Below are positions 42,845 through 51,263 of a stretch of 64,000 bases of DNA, piece after piece. Position numbers and translations under genes: made by a program. Positions within the stretch are counted from its first letter, which is position 1. The number at the start of each line of letters is the position of its first letter. Below the pieces are notes generated by a model. That model made no database searches. It was not told the origin of the DNA and was given only the letters and a program-made list of their open reading frames with translations. Source of the DNA: a bacterium (GTDB taxonomy: Bacteria; JAAXHH01). The stretch is from contig CBDAUD010000001.1 of NCBI GenBank assembly GCA_965200485.1, positions 793,102 to 857,101 of the forward strand, written 5' to 3'.

Positions 42845-43944
42845 GTAGCGACCGAGACGACATCGCCCTGCTGCGGGACCTGGTTGCGCGTTACAGTCCT
42901 TCCACGCAGGAAAGGGAAGCCGTCACCTTTCTGGTGGAGGCCATGGACCGCAGAGGCCTTCGCGCCTATGTGGACGAGGCAGGCAACGCAGTGGGCGAGG
43001 CAGGCAGCGGGAAACCGCATATCGCCCTGGTCGGGCATATCGACACGGTACCGGGTATCGTGCCGGAGCGGGAAGAAACGGGTCGGCTTTACGGCCGCGG
43101 GACGGTAGACGCCAAGGGTCCCTTGGCCGCCTTCGCTTCCGCGCTGTTCCGTTTCACGGAAATGGACGGCGTTGGCAGCGGCCGGATCACAGTCGTCGGC
43201 GCCGTGGAGGAGGAGTGTCCCACGTCAAAAGGCGCGTATCACCTGGTGGACCGCATGCGGCCCGACTACGTGTTTATCGGTGAGCCGAGCGGTTGGGACA
43301 GTGTCACGATCGGATACAAGGGTCATGTAGGATTCGACTACCGCCTTGAGCAGCCCAACGCCCATTACGCTGGGGACCATCGACGCGCGGGAGACCAGGC
43401 CATCGGCCTTTACAACGCGCTTCAGGCCCGCTTGGCCAGCCACCATGCGGAAAGTGAGTTCAAATCGCCCCGCCTTGAGTTAAGACGGTTCAATACCCAC
43501 GATCGGGGGTTAACCGAGGGCGTCGAAGCCTATTTCTCGGTGCGCATGCCGCCTGGCTACGACATCGATGATCTGATCAGCTTTGTGACGGAGCGGGCCG
43601 CCCCGGCCGAGATCGAATGCGATCAACGCTTGGCGGGCGTGGTCGCTGCGAAGAACACGCCGCTGGTCCGGGCCCTTCTGCGGGGTATCAGGAAGGAGGG
43701 CGGGCGCCCGACCTTCAAAAAGAAGACGGGTACGTCGGACATGTGCATTCTCGGACCGGCATGGAACTGCCCGATCGCCGCCTATGGGCCAGGGGATTCG
43801 AATCTGGACCATACCCCGGAGGAACATATCGTGCTGGACGAGTACCTGCGGTCCGTGGAGGTATTGACGGTTGCGTTGCGTCACCTGACGGCGACCGAGC
43901 GCGCCGGTCCGGTTTCCGGAAGAAACAACAAGCCGCGCCGCTGA
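42841..43944 (+). CDS. lysK: [LysW]-lysine hydrolase (LysK; M20 / ArgE family)
   Basis: ORF track 367 aa. ATGA overlap with lysJ. LVGHIDTVP, GRGTVDAKGP, EEECPTSKGA, and the last position in the cluster. Confidence 0.8.
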   Translation: MSSDRDDIALLRDLVARYSPSTQEREAVTFLVEAMDRRGLRAYVDEAGNAVGEAGSGKPHIALVGHIDTVPGIVPEREETGRLYGRGTVDAKGPLAAFASALFRFTEMDGVGSGRITVVGAVEEECPTSKGAYHLVDRMRPDYVFIGEPSGWDSVTIGYKGHVGFDYRLEQPNAHYAGDHRRAGDQAIGLYNALQARLASHHAESEFKSPRLELRRFNTHDRGLTEGVEAYFSVRMPPGYDIDDLISFVTERAAPAEIECDQRLAGVVAAKNTPLVRALLRGIRKEGGRPTFKKKTGTSDMCILGPAWNCPIAAYGPGDSNLDHTPEEHIVLDEYLRSVEVLTVALRHLTATERAGPVSGRNNKPRR

Positions 43945-44012
43945 AGCTTCTTCAGCCGGAAACAGACCGCGGCCGGAAAATCTCCCGGACCAAGGGTCAA
44001 TCCGCGTAGGGA

Positions 44013-45248
44013 TCACGCCCTGAGGATCAGTTCGCCGATTTCATGCAGCTGAGCGAGGTTTCGGCATTCCAGTACGTGATCGCAGTGCGGGCTGTACTTG
44101 GACATGACGGAATCGTCGGTGTCCCAGTACTGCATGGGCTCGGGATTCAGCCAGATCGTCTGATGTACCCTTCTCTTCAATTCACCCAACACCCAGTCCT
44201 GTGGATCGAACCAGTTCGCCCGCGCATCGCCGAGGATGACGAGCACGGTGTTTCCGGAGAGGGACAGAAGGTGTTCGTCGTGGAACTGGCAGAAGGCCCG
44301 GCCGAAATCGCTCAGTCCGAAGAAATTCAGTGCATGGTCGTCTTTCAGGTTTTCGATGATTTCTTCGAATGGTCTGTTGTCAAATTCGTCCGTGACCTCA
44401 TTGATCCGGTCCACGAAAAGGAAGCTTCGGGCCCGGCTGAACTGATTCTGCATTTCGTGGACCAGCTTGATGAAGAACCGGGCGACCTCCCAGACCGATC
44501 CCGACACATCGCAAAGCACGACCAGTTCGTTCTTCTTGATCTTGCGATGCCTGTAGATGATGTGAAAGGGCATGTTGCCCGTGCGAAAACTCCGCTGGAT
44601 CGTCTTCTTGATGTCGACACGGCCGTGGCGCGCCTTCCTGAAACGAAGCGACTTGCGCGTCACCAGATTTCGCGCCAGCTCTTCCACCGCTTCGTACAGA
44701 CTCTCAACGTCGCCCGGGGGCAGTTCCTGGTATAGGTCGACATCCTCAGCCTGCGGGTTCGGCTGTGCACCCGGCTCGGTGGCCGCCTCGGACGCCTGTT
44801 CTCCCACCTGAATACGCGCCAGCATCCGCTCCAGGTCGCCTTCCGGATCCTCATCTTCTTCCTCTTCGCCCTCTACAGGTTCGCCCTCCCTCGCCATGGA
44901 CGCGCCCCGTTCGTCTTGGAAATGACGGGAATCCTCCTCCCCGTCATCGGGAGATTCATCGAGCTCGGGATGGCTGTCGGGTGGCCCTCCGGTCTCTCCG
45001 CACGGATCGTCGAGTTCTTCCGCGTCTTCTCCCACCCGGACCGTAAAGAACCGTTCGAAGGCCTCGTCGAAAGCGGGAATGTCCTCCCGGGATTTGACCA
45101 GGGTAGCTCGAAGGGATGCCTTGAAAGCCGGCCTTTCGGTGATCGCCGCATGCCGAAGGCTTTCGGCAGCGTCCAGCGTCTCCGCCATGGAGATGCGTAT
45201 GCCGGATTGCCTGAGCAGTCTGGCGAACTCAACCAGCCGCTTGATCAT
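44013..45248 (-). CDS. VWA domain protein, CoxE-like
   Basis: ORF track 411 aa. The N-terminus LVEFARLLRQSGIRISMAETLDAAESL and C-terminal VVLCDVSGSV (MIDAS-like DxSxS) ...LVILGDARAN fit the VWA_CoxE architecture. Long acidic insert (EGEEEEDEDPEGD). Confidence 0.7.
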   Translation of the reverse strand: MIKRLVEFARLLRQSGIRISMAETLDAAESLRHAAITERPAFKASLRATLVKSREDIPAFDEAFERFFTVRVGEDAEELDDPCGETGGPPDSHPELDESPDDGEEDSRHFQDERGASMAREGEPVEGEEEEDEDPEGDLERMLARIQVGEQASEAATEPGAQPNPQAEDVDLYQELPPGDVESLYEAVEELARNLVTRKSLRFRKARHGRVDIKKTIQRSFRTGNMPFHIIYRHRKIKKNELVVLCDVSGSVWEVARFFIKLVHEMQNQFSRARSFLFVDRINEVTDEFDNRPFEEIIENLKDDHALNFFGLSDFGRAFCQFHDEHLLSLSGNTVLVILGDARANWFDPQDWVLGELKRRVHQTIWLNPEPMQYWDTDDSVMSKYSPHCDHVLECRNLAQLHEIGELILRA

Positions 45249-46146
45249 GGTGGCCGTCCCGCAAGATCCGTTCTATATCCTCCCGATCCTTCATGACCAC
45301 GTTCAGCGTGCTGGAAAGGATGTCGCGCGAGAGGTGTTGCGCGTTCAGGACCACCAGAGCAAAAGCCCAGTCGATCGTCTCGGCGATACTGGGGGGCTTA
45401 CGCATGTTGAGCGTTCTGATTCTCTGGACGAAACGGACGACCTGGTTGGCCAGATCTTCGTTGATGCCCGGCGTCTTGCGGAGGATAATCCGGACTTCCT
45501 GCTCAGGAGAGGGGTAGTTGATGTAAAGGTACAGGCAGCGCCGCCTGAGGGCTTCGGAAAGGTTCCGGCTGGCGTTGCTTGTCAGCAACACGAGGGGCCG
45601 CTGCGCCGCGCTCATGGTGCCAAGTTCCGGAATGCTGACCTGAAAGTCGCTCAGCACCTCAAGGAGAAAGCTTTCGAATTCATCGTCCGACCGGTCGATC
45701 TCGTCAATCAGCAGAACGACCGGCTCTGGTGCCAGGATGGCCTCCAGCAGAGGACGCGGGAGTAGGAAGTGCCTGGAGAAAAACGCGCTGCCCTCCCGGT
45801 TTAGCGTCTCCACCGCGTTACTCAGCGAATCGGTATGGTGCAACAGGTCGCCGATACGATCCTTGAGCATCTGCGTGTACAGCAGCTGCTTGGTGTACTC
45901 CCATTCGTAAAGCGCCTTGGATTCGTCCAGCCCTTCATAACACTGCAGCCGGATCAGTCGCCGGTCAAGCGCGGCGGAAAGCACTTTCGCGACCTCCGTC
46001 TTGCCCACGCCGGGCGGGCCTTCTACCAGCAGCGGCTTCTCAAGCTGTTCCATGAGATAGACCGGTGTGGCCAGGTCGGGACCGCAGATGTAATCCTGGG
46101 CTTCGAAGCGCTGAATGACGTCTTGGGCAGACGTGAAAGCGGACAT
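45229..46146 (-). CDS. MoxR-family AAA+ ATPase (CoxD-like)
   Basis: ORF track 351 aa; likely ATG at 46146 (MSAFTSAQDV). Walker A GPPGVGKTE, Walker B VLLIDEIDRSD. 20-nt overlap with the VWA gene. Confidence 0.8.
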   Translation of the reverse strand: MSAFTSAQDVIQRFEAQDYICGPDLATPVYLMEQLEKPLLVEGPPGVGKTEVAKVLSAALDRRLIRLQCYEGLDESKALYEWEYTKQLLYTQMLKDRIGDLLHHTDSLSNAVETLNREGSAFFSRHFLLPRPLLEAILAPEPVVLLIDEIDRSDDEFESFLLEVLSDFQVSIPELGTMSAAQRPLVLLTSNASRNLSEALRRRCLYLYINYPSPEQEVRIILRKTPGINEDLANQVVRFVQRIRTLNMRKPPSIAETIDWAFALVVLNAQHLSRDILSSTLNVVMKDREDIERILRDGHHDQAAG

Positions 46147-46370
46147 GGTATTCCTGAAGAGAAAAGCAAAAACGGTGCACGAACACGGGCGGTTACGGGG
46201 CAGGCTGCATGATCTACGGACGCGACGCCTGATGGGGTTGACAACAAACCGTAAGGTAGGGGAAACCGGCCGGATGTCAAGCACATTCGCCGGCGCGAAC
46301 TGAGGGGTTTCGCCGCCGAAAGACTCGTGTCCAAAGGCTACCGTCGTCCATGTCAGGTTGTCGTTATTGC

Positions 46371-46399
46371 TTGCTGGAAACGGGAGAATCGCCTATATT
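46371..46399 (+). promoter_or_regulatory. Candidate promoter of the ccm operon
   Basis: TTGCTG (46371-46376), a 17-nt spacer, then TATATT (46394-46399), 41 nt upstream of the ccmE ATG. Confidence 0.4.
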
Positions 46400-46440
46400 G
46401 CACCTGATATCGCGGCCGGGTCGAGAGACAGCACGCATGG

Positions 46441-46920
46441 ATGGAGTATAACGTGAAAAACCGCAAGCAAAAGAAACAGCGGAGATTCCTGGCCGGTTTC
46501 GGCTTGATCATCGCCGCCATTTTCTATCTGATCTATACCGGATCGACTGACGCGACGATGTACTATCTGACAGTCAGCGAACTGAAGGCGGCCATAGCGA
46601 CGGGCGACGTATCCTACGATGAGAACATGCGGATGCACGGACGGGTCGTGACCGGTTCGATTGATCGCGGCGATGCGAGCTCGATGCATATCCGTTTCAT
46701 CGCCCATGAGGGGGGCATGGAGATACCCGTCGTGTACAATGATGTTGTTCCTGATACGTTCCGGGACGATGCGGAAGTAGTCGTGGAAGGCGGATACCGC
46801 CGGGACGGAACCTTTAAGGCGCACACACTGTACGCCAAGTGTCCGTCCAAGTACGAGAGCGAGGAGGGTTACGGGCAATATGAGCAGACCGAGCCGAAGT
46901 CGCCGAACCCGATTCCCTGA
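46441..46920 (+). CDS. ccmE: Cytochrome c maturation heme chaperone CcmE, CxxxY variant
   Basis: ORF track 159 aa. N-terminal anchor FLAGFGLIIAAIFYLIY and an OB-fold core (RMHGRVVTGSI, DAEVVVEGGY). AKCPSKY aligns with E. coli AKHDENY, so Cys replaces the heme-binding His. Confidence 0.85.
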   Translation: MEYNVKNRKQKKQRRFLAGFGLIIAAIFYLIYTGSTDATMYYLTVSELKAAIATGDVSYDENMRMHGRVVTGSIDRGDASSMHIRFIAHEGGMEIPVVYNDVVPDTFRDDAEVVVEGGYRRDGTFKAHTLYAKCPSKYESEEGYGQYEQTEPKSPNPIP

Positions 46921-46980
46921 TCCAGACCGGATGGATTGCCGGTTCGACCCGTGCACGAAGGGGAGGAGCCGGATCGGGTG

Positions 46981-47580
46981 ATGACACTGGTCGCGTGCGG
47001 ACTGCTCGCGCTGGGCGTGCTGGTCTTCATGATCAGTCCGATGCTCCAGGCGTCGGGCCGCGGGCCCTGGGCTGCCAGGTCCCGGCGGGACGATCTGCTG
47101 AAAAAGAAGGACTTCATATATTCGGCCATCCGCGAGTTGAACATCGATTACAGAATGGGCAAGCTGACCGTCGAGGATCACGAGGCGCTCCGGCAGGAGT
47201 ACATGACGGAAGCTTCGGACGTGCTTGATGAACTGGACCGGGAAGCGGGGCCGGACTTGACCGTCGAGGAACAAATCGAAGAAGCCGTGCTGGCGCGTCG
47301 ACGTAGCCGGAATCCCGCGTCGACCGTTGTGGATGCACTGGTTGAAAATACATCTGCTGTTGAAAATACGGCTGTGGACGAAAAAAAGACCGCTACCGCT
47401 CGGCCGTTGCATCCCGAGCGTGCTCAATCATGCGGGAGTTGCGGCACCATCAACGAGGAATCCGCGAACTTCTGCATCGCGTGCGGCGACCCGTTGAAGC
47501 GCCTCGTCTGCGGCAGTTGTGGCGCCGAGAATGCTGCGGTTGCCAAATTCTGTGCGCAGTGCGGATTAAAACTGAACTGA
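46981..47580 (+). CDS. Membrane-anchored protein with a CcmI-N-like helix and a C-terminal double zinc ribbon
   Basis: ORF track frame 46936..47580. The ATG at 46981 after GGGGAGGAG gives MTLVACGLLALGVLVFMISPML (TM). Then IYSAIRELNIDYRMGKLTVEDHEALRQEY. C-terminus CGSCGTINEESANFCIACG...CGSCGAENAAVAKFCAQCG. Confidence 0.65.
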   Translation: MTLVACGLLALGVLVFMISPMLQASGRGPWAARSRRDDLLKKKDFIYSAIRELNIDYRMGKLTVEDHEALRQEYMTEASDVLDELDREAGPDLTVEEQIEEAVLARRRSRNPASTVVDALVENTSAVENTAVDEKKTATARPLHPERAQSCGSCGTINEESANFCIACGDPLKRLVCGSCGAENAAVAKFCAQCGLKLN

Positions 47581-47590
47581 CGGCGATCCC

Positions 47591-48778
47591 TTGAGACGTA
47601 CCAGGATACCAAGCCCTTCGGGGCTTTTTGTTTATTATACGACCCTGTTGGCCCGCGTATCGATGACGGTCTGCCTGGTCTGTTTGATTCGGCCGGCGCA
47701 GACCCAGGAAACAGGAAGCATAGGGCTGACCGTTGTGAACGGAACTACCGGCCTGCCGATGGCGGATCACCCGGTCTCTCTACAGCGCCACAGTAGCGAA
47801 GAGGGCGAAGAGGAAACCCTTCTTCGCGTGATGACCGACAGGGAGGGCCGGTACGAGTTCACCGGATTGTTGGCCGACGGGTCACATTACGTGATTGCTG
47901 CCAGGTATCTGGAGATGCCCTATCTTACCGAACACATTCCCCTTGAACCAGACGGCGGTCATCGGGACGTGGTGCTCCGCGTATTCGATATCACGACGGA
48001 CGAGTCCGCCCTGGTCCACAGCGCGGTCCACCTGATCATAGAAGCCAACCCCGCGATACTCAACGTCACGGAAATCATCGTCGTGGAGAACAGGGGCAAC
48101 CTGACGTTCGCGCCCCCGCCAGCCGTCGGCCTGGGCCTTGTCTATGCGCTGCCGGAGGTCGCATTCGGGCTGCAGCCCATGGTGGCAGGACTTCAGCACA
48201 CCGATCGCGGCCTTACGTTCTCGGGGGCCATACCCCCGGGCGTATCCAGGATCGTATACGCCTACAATGTGGAAAGGGCGTCCGTCAATCACCGATTCAC
48301 GCGTCAGATGGACTATGACGTGGATCGCGTCCAGGTGCTGGTTTCCCCGAGTAGCGAAGCGGTAACCGCCACGAATCTGACCAACGACGGCGTGCAGCAG
48401 GTCGGTGAAGACGAGTATCTCCTGCTCTCGAACCGGGTGGGTGTGCAGCGGGGCATGTCGGTCCAGGTTGCCTTCCCCCACATCCTGATCTGGCAGGACG
48501 TCATGAAGTGGGGCATGCTCGGATTCGTGGTGCTCATCGTGGCAGCGGGCCTCGTGGTGGGTATTCGGATCAAGCCGGAGCAACCCGCCGAGTCCACGAA
48601 CCTGCCGGACCGCTCTCCGGAGGACGAACGAAAATACGCCGCCATGATCCAGGCCATGTCCGACCTGGACGACCAATACGTGGCAGGCGCACTGGACGAA
48701 GCATCCTATCGCGTCCGCCGCGACGGACTCAAAGAGCGGGCACTCCGACTTAGGCAGGCCGGGAGCAGCGATGGTTGA
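47591..48778 (+). CDS. Bitopic protein: signal anchor, CarboxypepD_reg-like beta domain, second TM, C-terminal CcmI-N-like helix
   Basis: ORF track 395 aa. GLTVVNGTTGLPMADHPVSL...MTDREGRYEFTGL resembles a carboxypeptidase-regulatory Ig-like fold. TM WGMLGFVVLIVAAGLVVGI is followed by YAAMIQAMSDLDDQYVAGALDEASYRVRRDGLKERAL. The stop overlaps the ccmA start by 8 nt. Confidence 0.6.
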   Translation: MRRTRIPSPSGLFVYYTTLLARVSMTVCLVCLIRPAQTQETGSIGLTVVNGTTGLPMADHPVSLQRHSSEEGEEETLLRVMTDREGRYEFTGLLADGSHYVIAARYLEMPYLTEHIPLEPDGGHRDVVLRVFDITTDESALVHSAVHLIIEANPAILNVTEIIVVENRGNLTFAPPPAVGLGLVYALPEVAFGLQPMVAGLQHTDRGLTFSGAIPPGVSRIVYAYNVERASVNHRFTRQMDYDVDRVQVLVSPSSEAVTATNLTNDGVQQVGEDEYLLLSNRVGVQRGMSVQVAFPHILIWQDVMKWGMLGFVVLIVAAGLVVGIRIKPEQPAESTNLPDRSPEDERKYAAMIQAMSDLDDQYVAGALDEASYRVRRDGLKERALRLRQAGSSDG

Positions 48779-49481
48779 TCGATGCGTTCCGGGCATCAGC
48801 ATACGTCAGTTGACTAAGACATACGGTTCTTTCCGGGCCCTGCACAGGGTGGATATGGAAGTGGCGCCGGGCTCCTTCCTCTCCCTTTTCGGTCCCAATG
48901 GTGCGGGCAAATCCACCCTGCTGGGCATCATTGCCGGACTCGTGCGTCCGTCCCGTGGCCAGGTGTTCCTGGACGATGACGAAATCACAAATTACCGCGA
49001 CGAATCCCTGAGAAAGCAGATCGGCCTGCTTTCCAGCCGGTCCTACCTCTATGACGAATTGACCGTACTGGAGAATCTGCGGTTTTACGGAAAATTGTAC
49101 CGTATCGAAGACCACGAGGACCGGATAGCGGAAGTGCTGCACACGGTGGGGATGGATGGCCGGGCGGGCAGCCCGGTCGGCACGCTGTCGCGCGGCATGC
49201 GCCAGCGTGCGGCGCTGGCCCGCGGCCTGTTGCACGACCCGGAAATCCTGCTGCTCGACGAACCCCATACCGGGCTGGACCAGGACGCGCTGGTCAAGCT
49301 GAGAACGATCCTGTCCGCGCGCAACAAGACGGTATTGCTGGTGACCCACGACCTGGGTCTCGGTTTGGAATCCGCCGACCGCGTAGCCATCCTGAACCGT
49401 GGCCGTCTCGTGTACGAATCCGAAGCGCGTAACCTGTCCCAGGTCGAATTGGAACGGACATACCGGGACCACGCAGTATGA
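48771..49481 (+). CDS. ccmA: Heme exporter ATP-binding protein CcmA
   Basis: ORF track 236 aa. Walker A GPNGAGKST, signature LSRGMRQRAALARGL, Walker B LLLDEPHTGLD. Operon context. Confidence 0.85.
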   Translation: MVDRCVPGISIRQLTKTYGSFRALHRVDMEVAPGSFLSLFGPNGAGKSTLLGIIAGLVRPSRGQVFLDDDEITNYRDESLRKQIGLLSSRSYLYDELTVLENLRFYGKLYRIEDHEDRIAEVLHTVGMDGRAGSPVGTLSRGMRQRAALARGLLHDPEILLLDEPHTGLDQDALVKLRTILSARNKTVLLVTHDLGLGLESADRVAILNRGRLVYESEARNLSQVELERTYRDHAV

Positions 49482-49572
49482 GGCCGGCCGGCACACGACC
49501 TGGCGTCGGGACCGCGTGCCGAGCCGATACGGACCGTGGAGTGGTAGCAAAAACGGGAGATTCCGCCGAACC

Positions 49573-50253
49573 ATGAGATCCTTCCTTGCACAGTCATGGC
49601 AAATCTACCGCAAGGACATGCTCGTTGAGTATCGTACACGGGAACGGGTCGTGACCATGTTCGTCTTCTCGGTGGTCGTCGTGATCGTCTTCAACTTCGC
49701 TTTTAACACGGGGGCGGAAGTGTTGCGACACGTGGTGTCGGGAATGATCTGGGTGGCCTTCACATTCGCGGGCATGCTGAGCGCAAGCCGGTCCTTCGCA
49801 CCGGAAAAAGACCGGGGAACCTTCGACGGGCTCCTGCTTGCACCTATCGAACGGGGCGCCATATTCCTGGGTAAACTGTTGGGCAATATCACGCTCATCG
49901 GCCTGGTCCAGCTGGCGGTGCTTCCCCTGTTTGTGCTGTTTTTCAACATGACAATCTTGCCCTATCTATCTAAACTGCTGCTGATCTTCTTTCTGGGAAC
50001 GGTCGGATTCTCGTCCGTCGCCACGCTCTTTGCCGCCGTGGCTGTGAACATGCGCATGCGCGAGGTCCTGCTGCCGGTCCTGCTTCTGCCCGTTGTTTCT
50101 CCCGTCCTGATCGCGCTGGTGGAGACAACGCGGACTACCTTCGGGGGCGGGGACTGGCAGGACATGGCGAATTGGATCAGATTGCTTTGGGTGTTCACCG
50201 TCGTGTTCCTGGTCGCATCGATCATGCTGTTCGAGTATATTGTGGAGGAATGA
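49573..50253 (+). CDS. ccmB: Heme exporter protein CcmB
   Basis: ORF track frame 49399..50253; ATG at 49573 (MRSFLAQSWQIYRKDMLVEYRTRE). Six hydrophobic segments, and FAPEKDRGTFDGLLLAPI matches the CcmB signature region. Confidence 0.85.
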   Translation: MRSFLAQSWQIYRKDMLVEYRTRERVVTMFVFSVVVVIVFNFAFNTGAEVLRHVVSGMIWVAFTFAGMLSASRSFAPEKDRGTFDGLLLAPIERGAIFLGKLLGNITLIGLVQLAVLPLFVLFFNMTILPYLSKLLLIFFLGTVGFSSVATLFAAVAVNMRMREVLLPVLLLPVVSPVLIALVETTRTTFGGGDWQDMANWIRLLWVFTVVFLVASIMLFEYIVEE

Positions 50254-50254
50254 A

Positions 50255-50977
50255 ATGGTCCTTAATATCGCCCGCATGCGTATCACGCCACTGGGCTTCG
50301 TCTGCCTCGCGGGCCTGATAGTCTCGCTGTACCTCTCGTTGATCTGGGCGCCGCGGGAACGGGTCATGGGGGACGTGCAGCGGATCATGTATTTCCACGT
50401 CGCTACCGCGTGGATCGCGGAATTCGCCTTCGTGCTAGTGGGCGTATCGAGCGTCATCTACCTGTGGCTCCGGGAGCGCAGGTGGGATATAGTGGCCTAC
50501 AGCGCGGCGGAGGTCGGGTTCGTCTTCTGTTGTTTCGTGATGATCACCGGCCCGATCTGGGGCAAGCCGGTGTGGGGCACATGGTGGACTTGGGACCCGC
50601 GACTCACTTTTTCCATGATACTCTGGCTCATCTATGTGGCGTATCTGATGCTGCGGGTCTACGGCGACGATATGCCGCAAGTGAAAACCTTTCTCGCCGT
50701 GCTGGGCATCCTCGGCACGATCGATATTCCCTTCATCCATTTCGCGACCATGTGGTGGCGGGGTCTGCATCCCGACTCCCTGGTCATGACGGAGGAGGGG
50801 CTCGGCGCGGGTATGGAAGTCGACATGCGCATCGCGCTGGGGGTGTCGGCGGTCGTCTTCACCCTGTTCTTCTTCTACCTCATGGGACGGCGGATGGCCT
50901 TGGAACGACTGCGCGATGAGGCGGCGGCCCTGCGGGAACGCGTGGAGCATTGTCGTTTCGACGGCGTCGGGGTTTGA
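50255..50977 (+). CDS. ccmC: Heme exporter protein CcmC
   Basis: ORF track frame 50240..50977; ATG at 50255 after GGAGGA. WWD motif WGKPVWGTWWTWDPRLT and conserved His residues (YFHV, FIHFAT). Confidence 0.9.
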   Translation: MVLNIARMRITPLGFVCLAGLIVSLYLSLIWAPRERVMGDVQRIMYFHVATAWIAEFAFVLVGVSSVIYLWLRERRWDIVAYSAAEVGFVFCCFVMITGPIWGKPVWGTWWTWDPRLTFSMILWLIYVAYLMLRVYGDDMPQVKTFLAVLGILGTIDIPFIHFATMWWRGLHPDSLVMTEEGLGAGMEVDMRIALGVSAVVFTLFFFYLMGRRMALERLRDEAAALRERVEHCRFDGVGV

Positions 50978-50999
50978 GTCCGAAAGGAGCTTTTGAACC

Positions 51000-51155
51000 G
51001 TGGATCAGAACTTCTGGTATCTGTTTTCCGCCTACACATTGATATGGGTGGGGCTGTTCGCGTACCTCTTCACGCTGTCCGGCCGCGAAAAGAAGCTGGA
51101 GGCGGAGATCGCCGAATTGAAGGCCGCCGTGGAAGACCTGGAGTCCAAATCATAG
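51000..51155 (+). CDS. ccmD: CcmD-family small membrane protein
   Basis: Manual translation (51 aa; GTG start): MDQNFWYLFSAYTLIWVGLFAYLFTLSGREKKLEAEIAELKAAVEDLESKS. One TM plus a charged tail, directly after ccmC. Confidence 0.7.
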   Translation: MDQNFWYLFSAYTLIWVGLFAYLFTLSGREKKLEAEIAELKAAVEDLESKS

Positions 51156-51263
51156 CGGACGGGCGGCTCTTCGCGCCTACCCGCGTCCGGCGTCTCTATC
51201 CATTTGCCCGCCATCCTGTGTCCACAGGGCGATTGCCTTGTTCAGGTTAGCCCCGGAAAGCCC

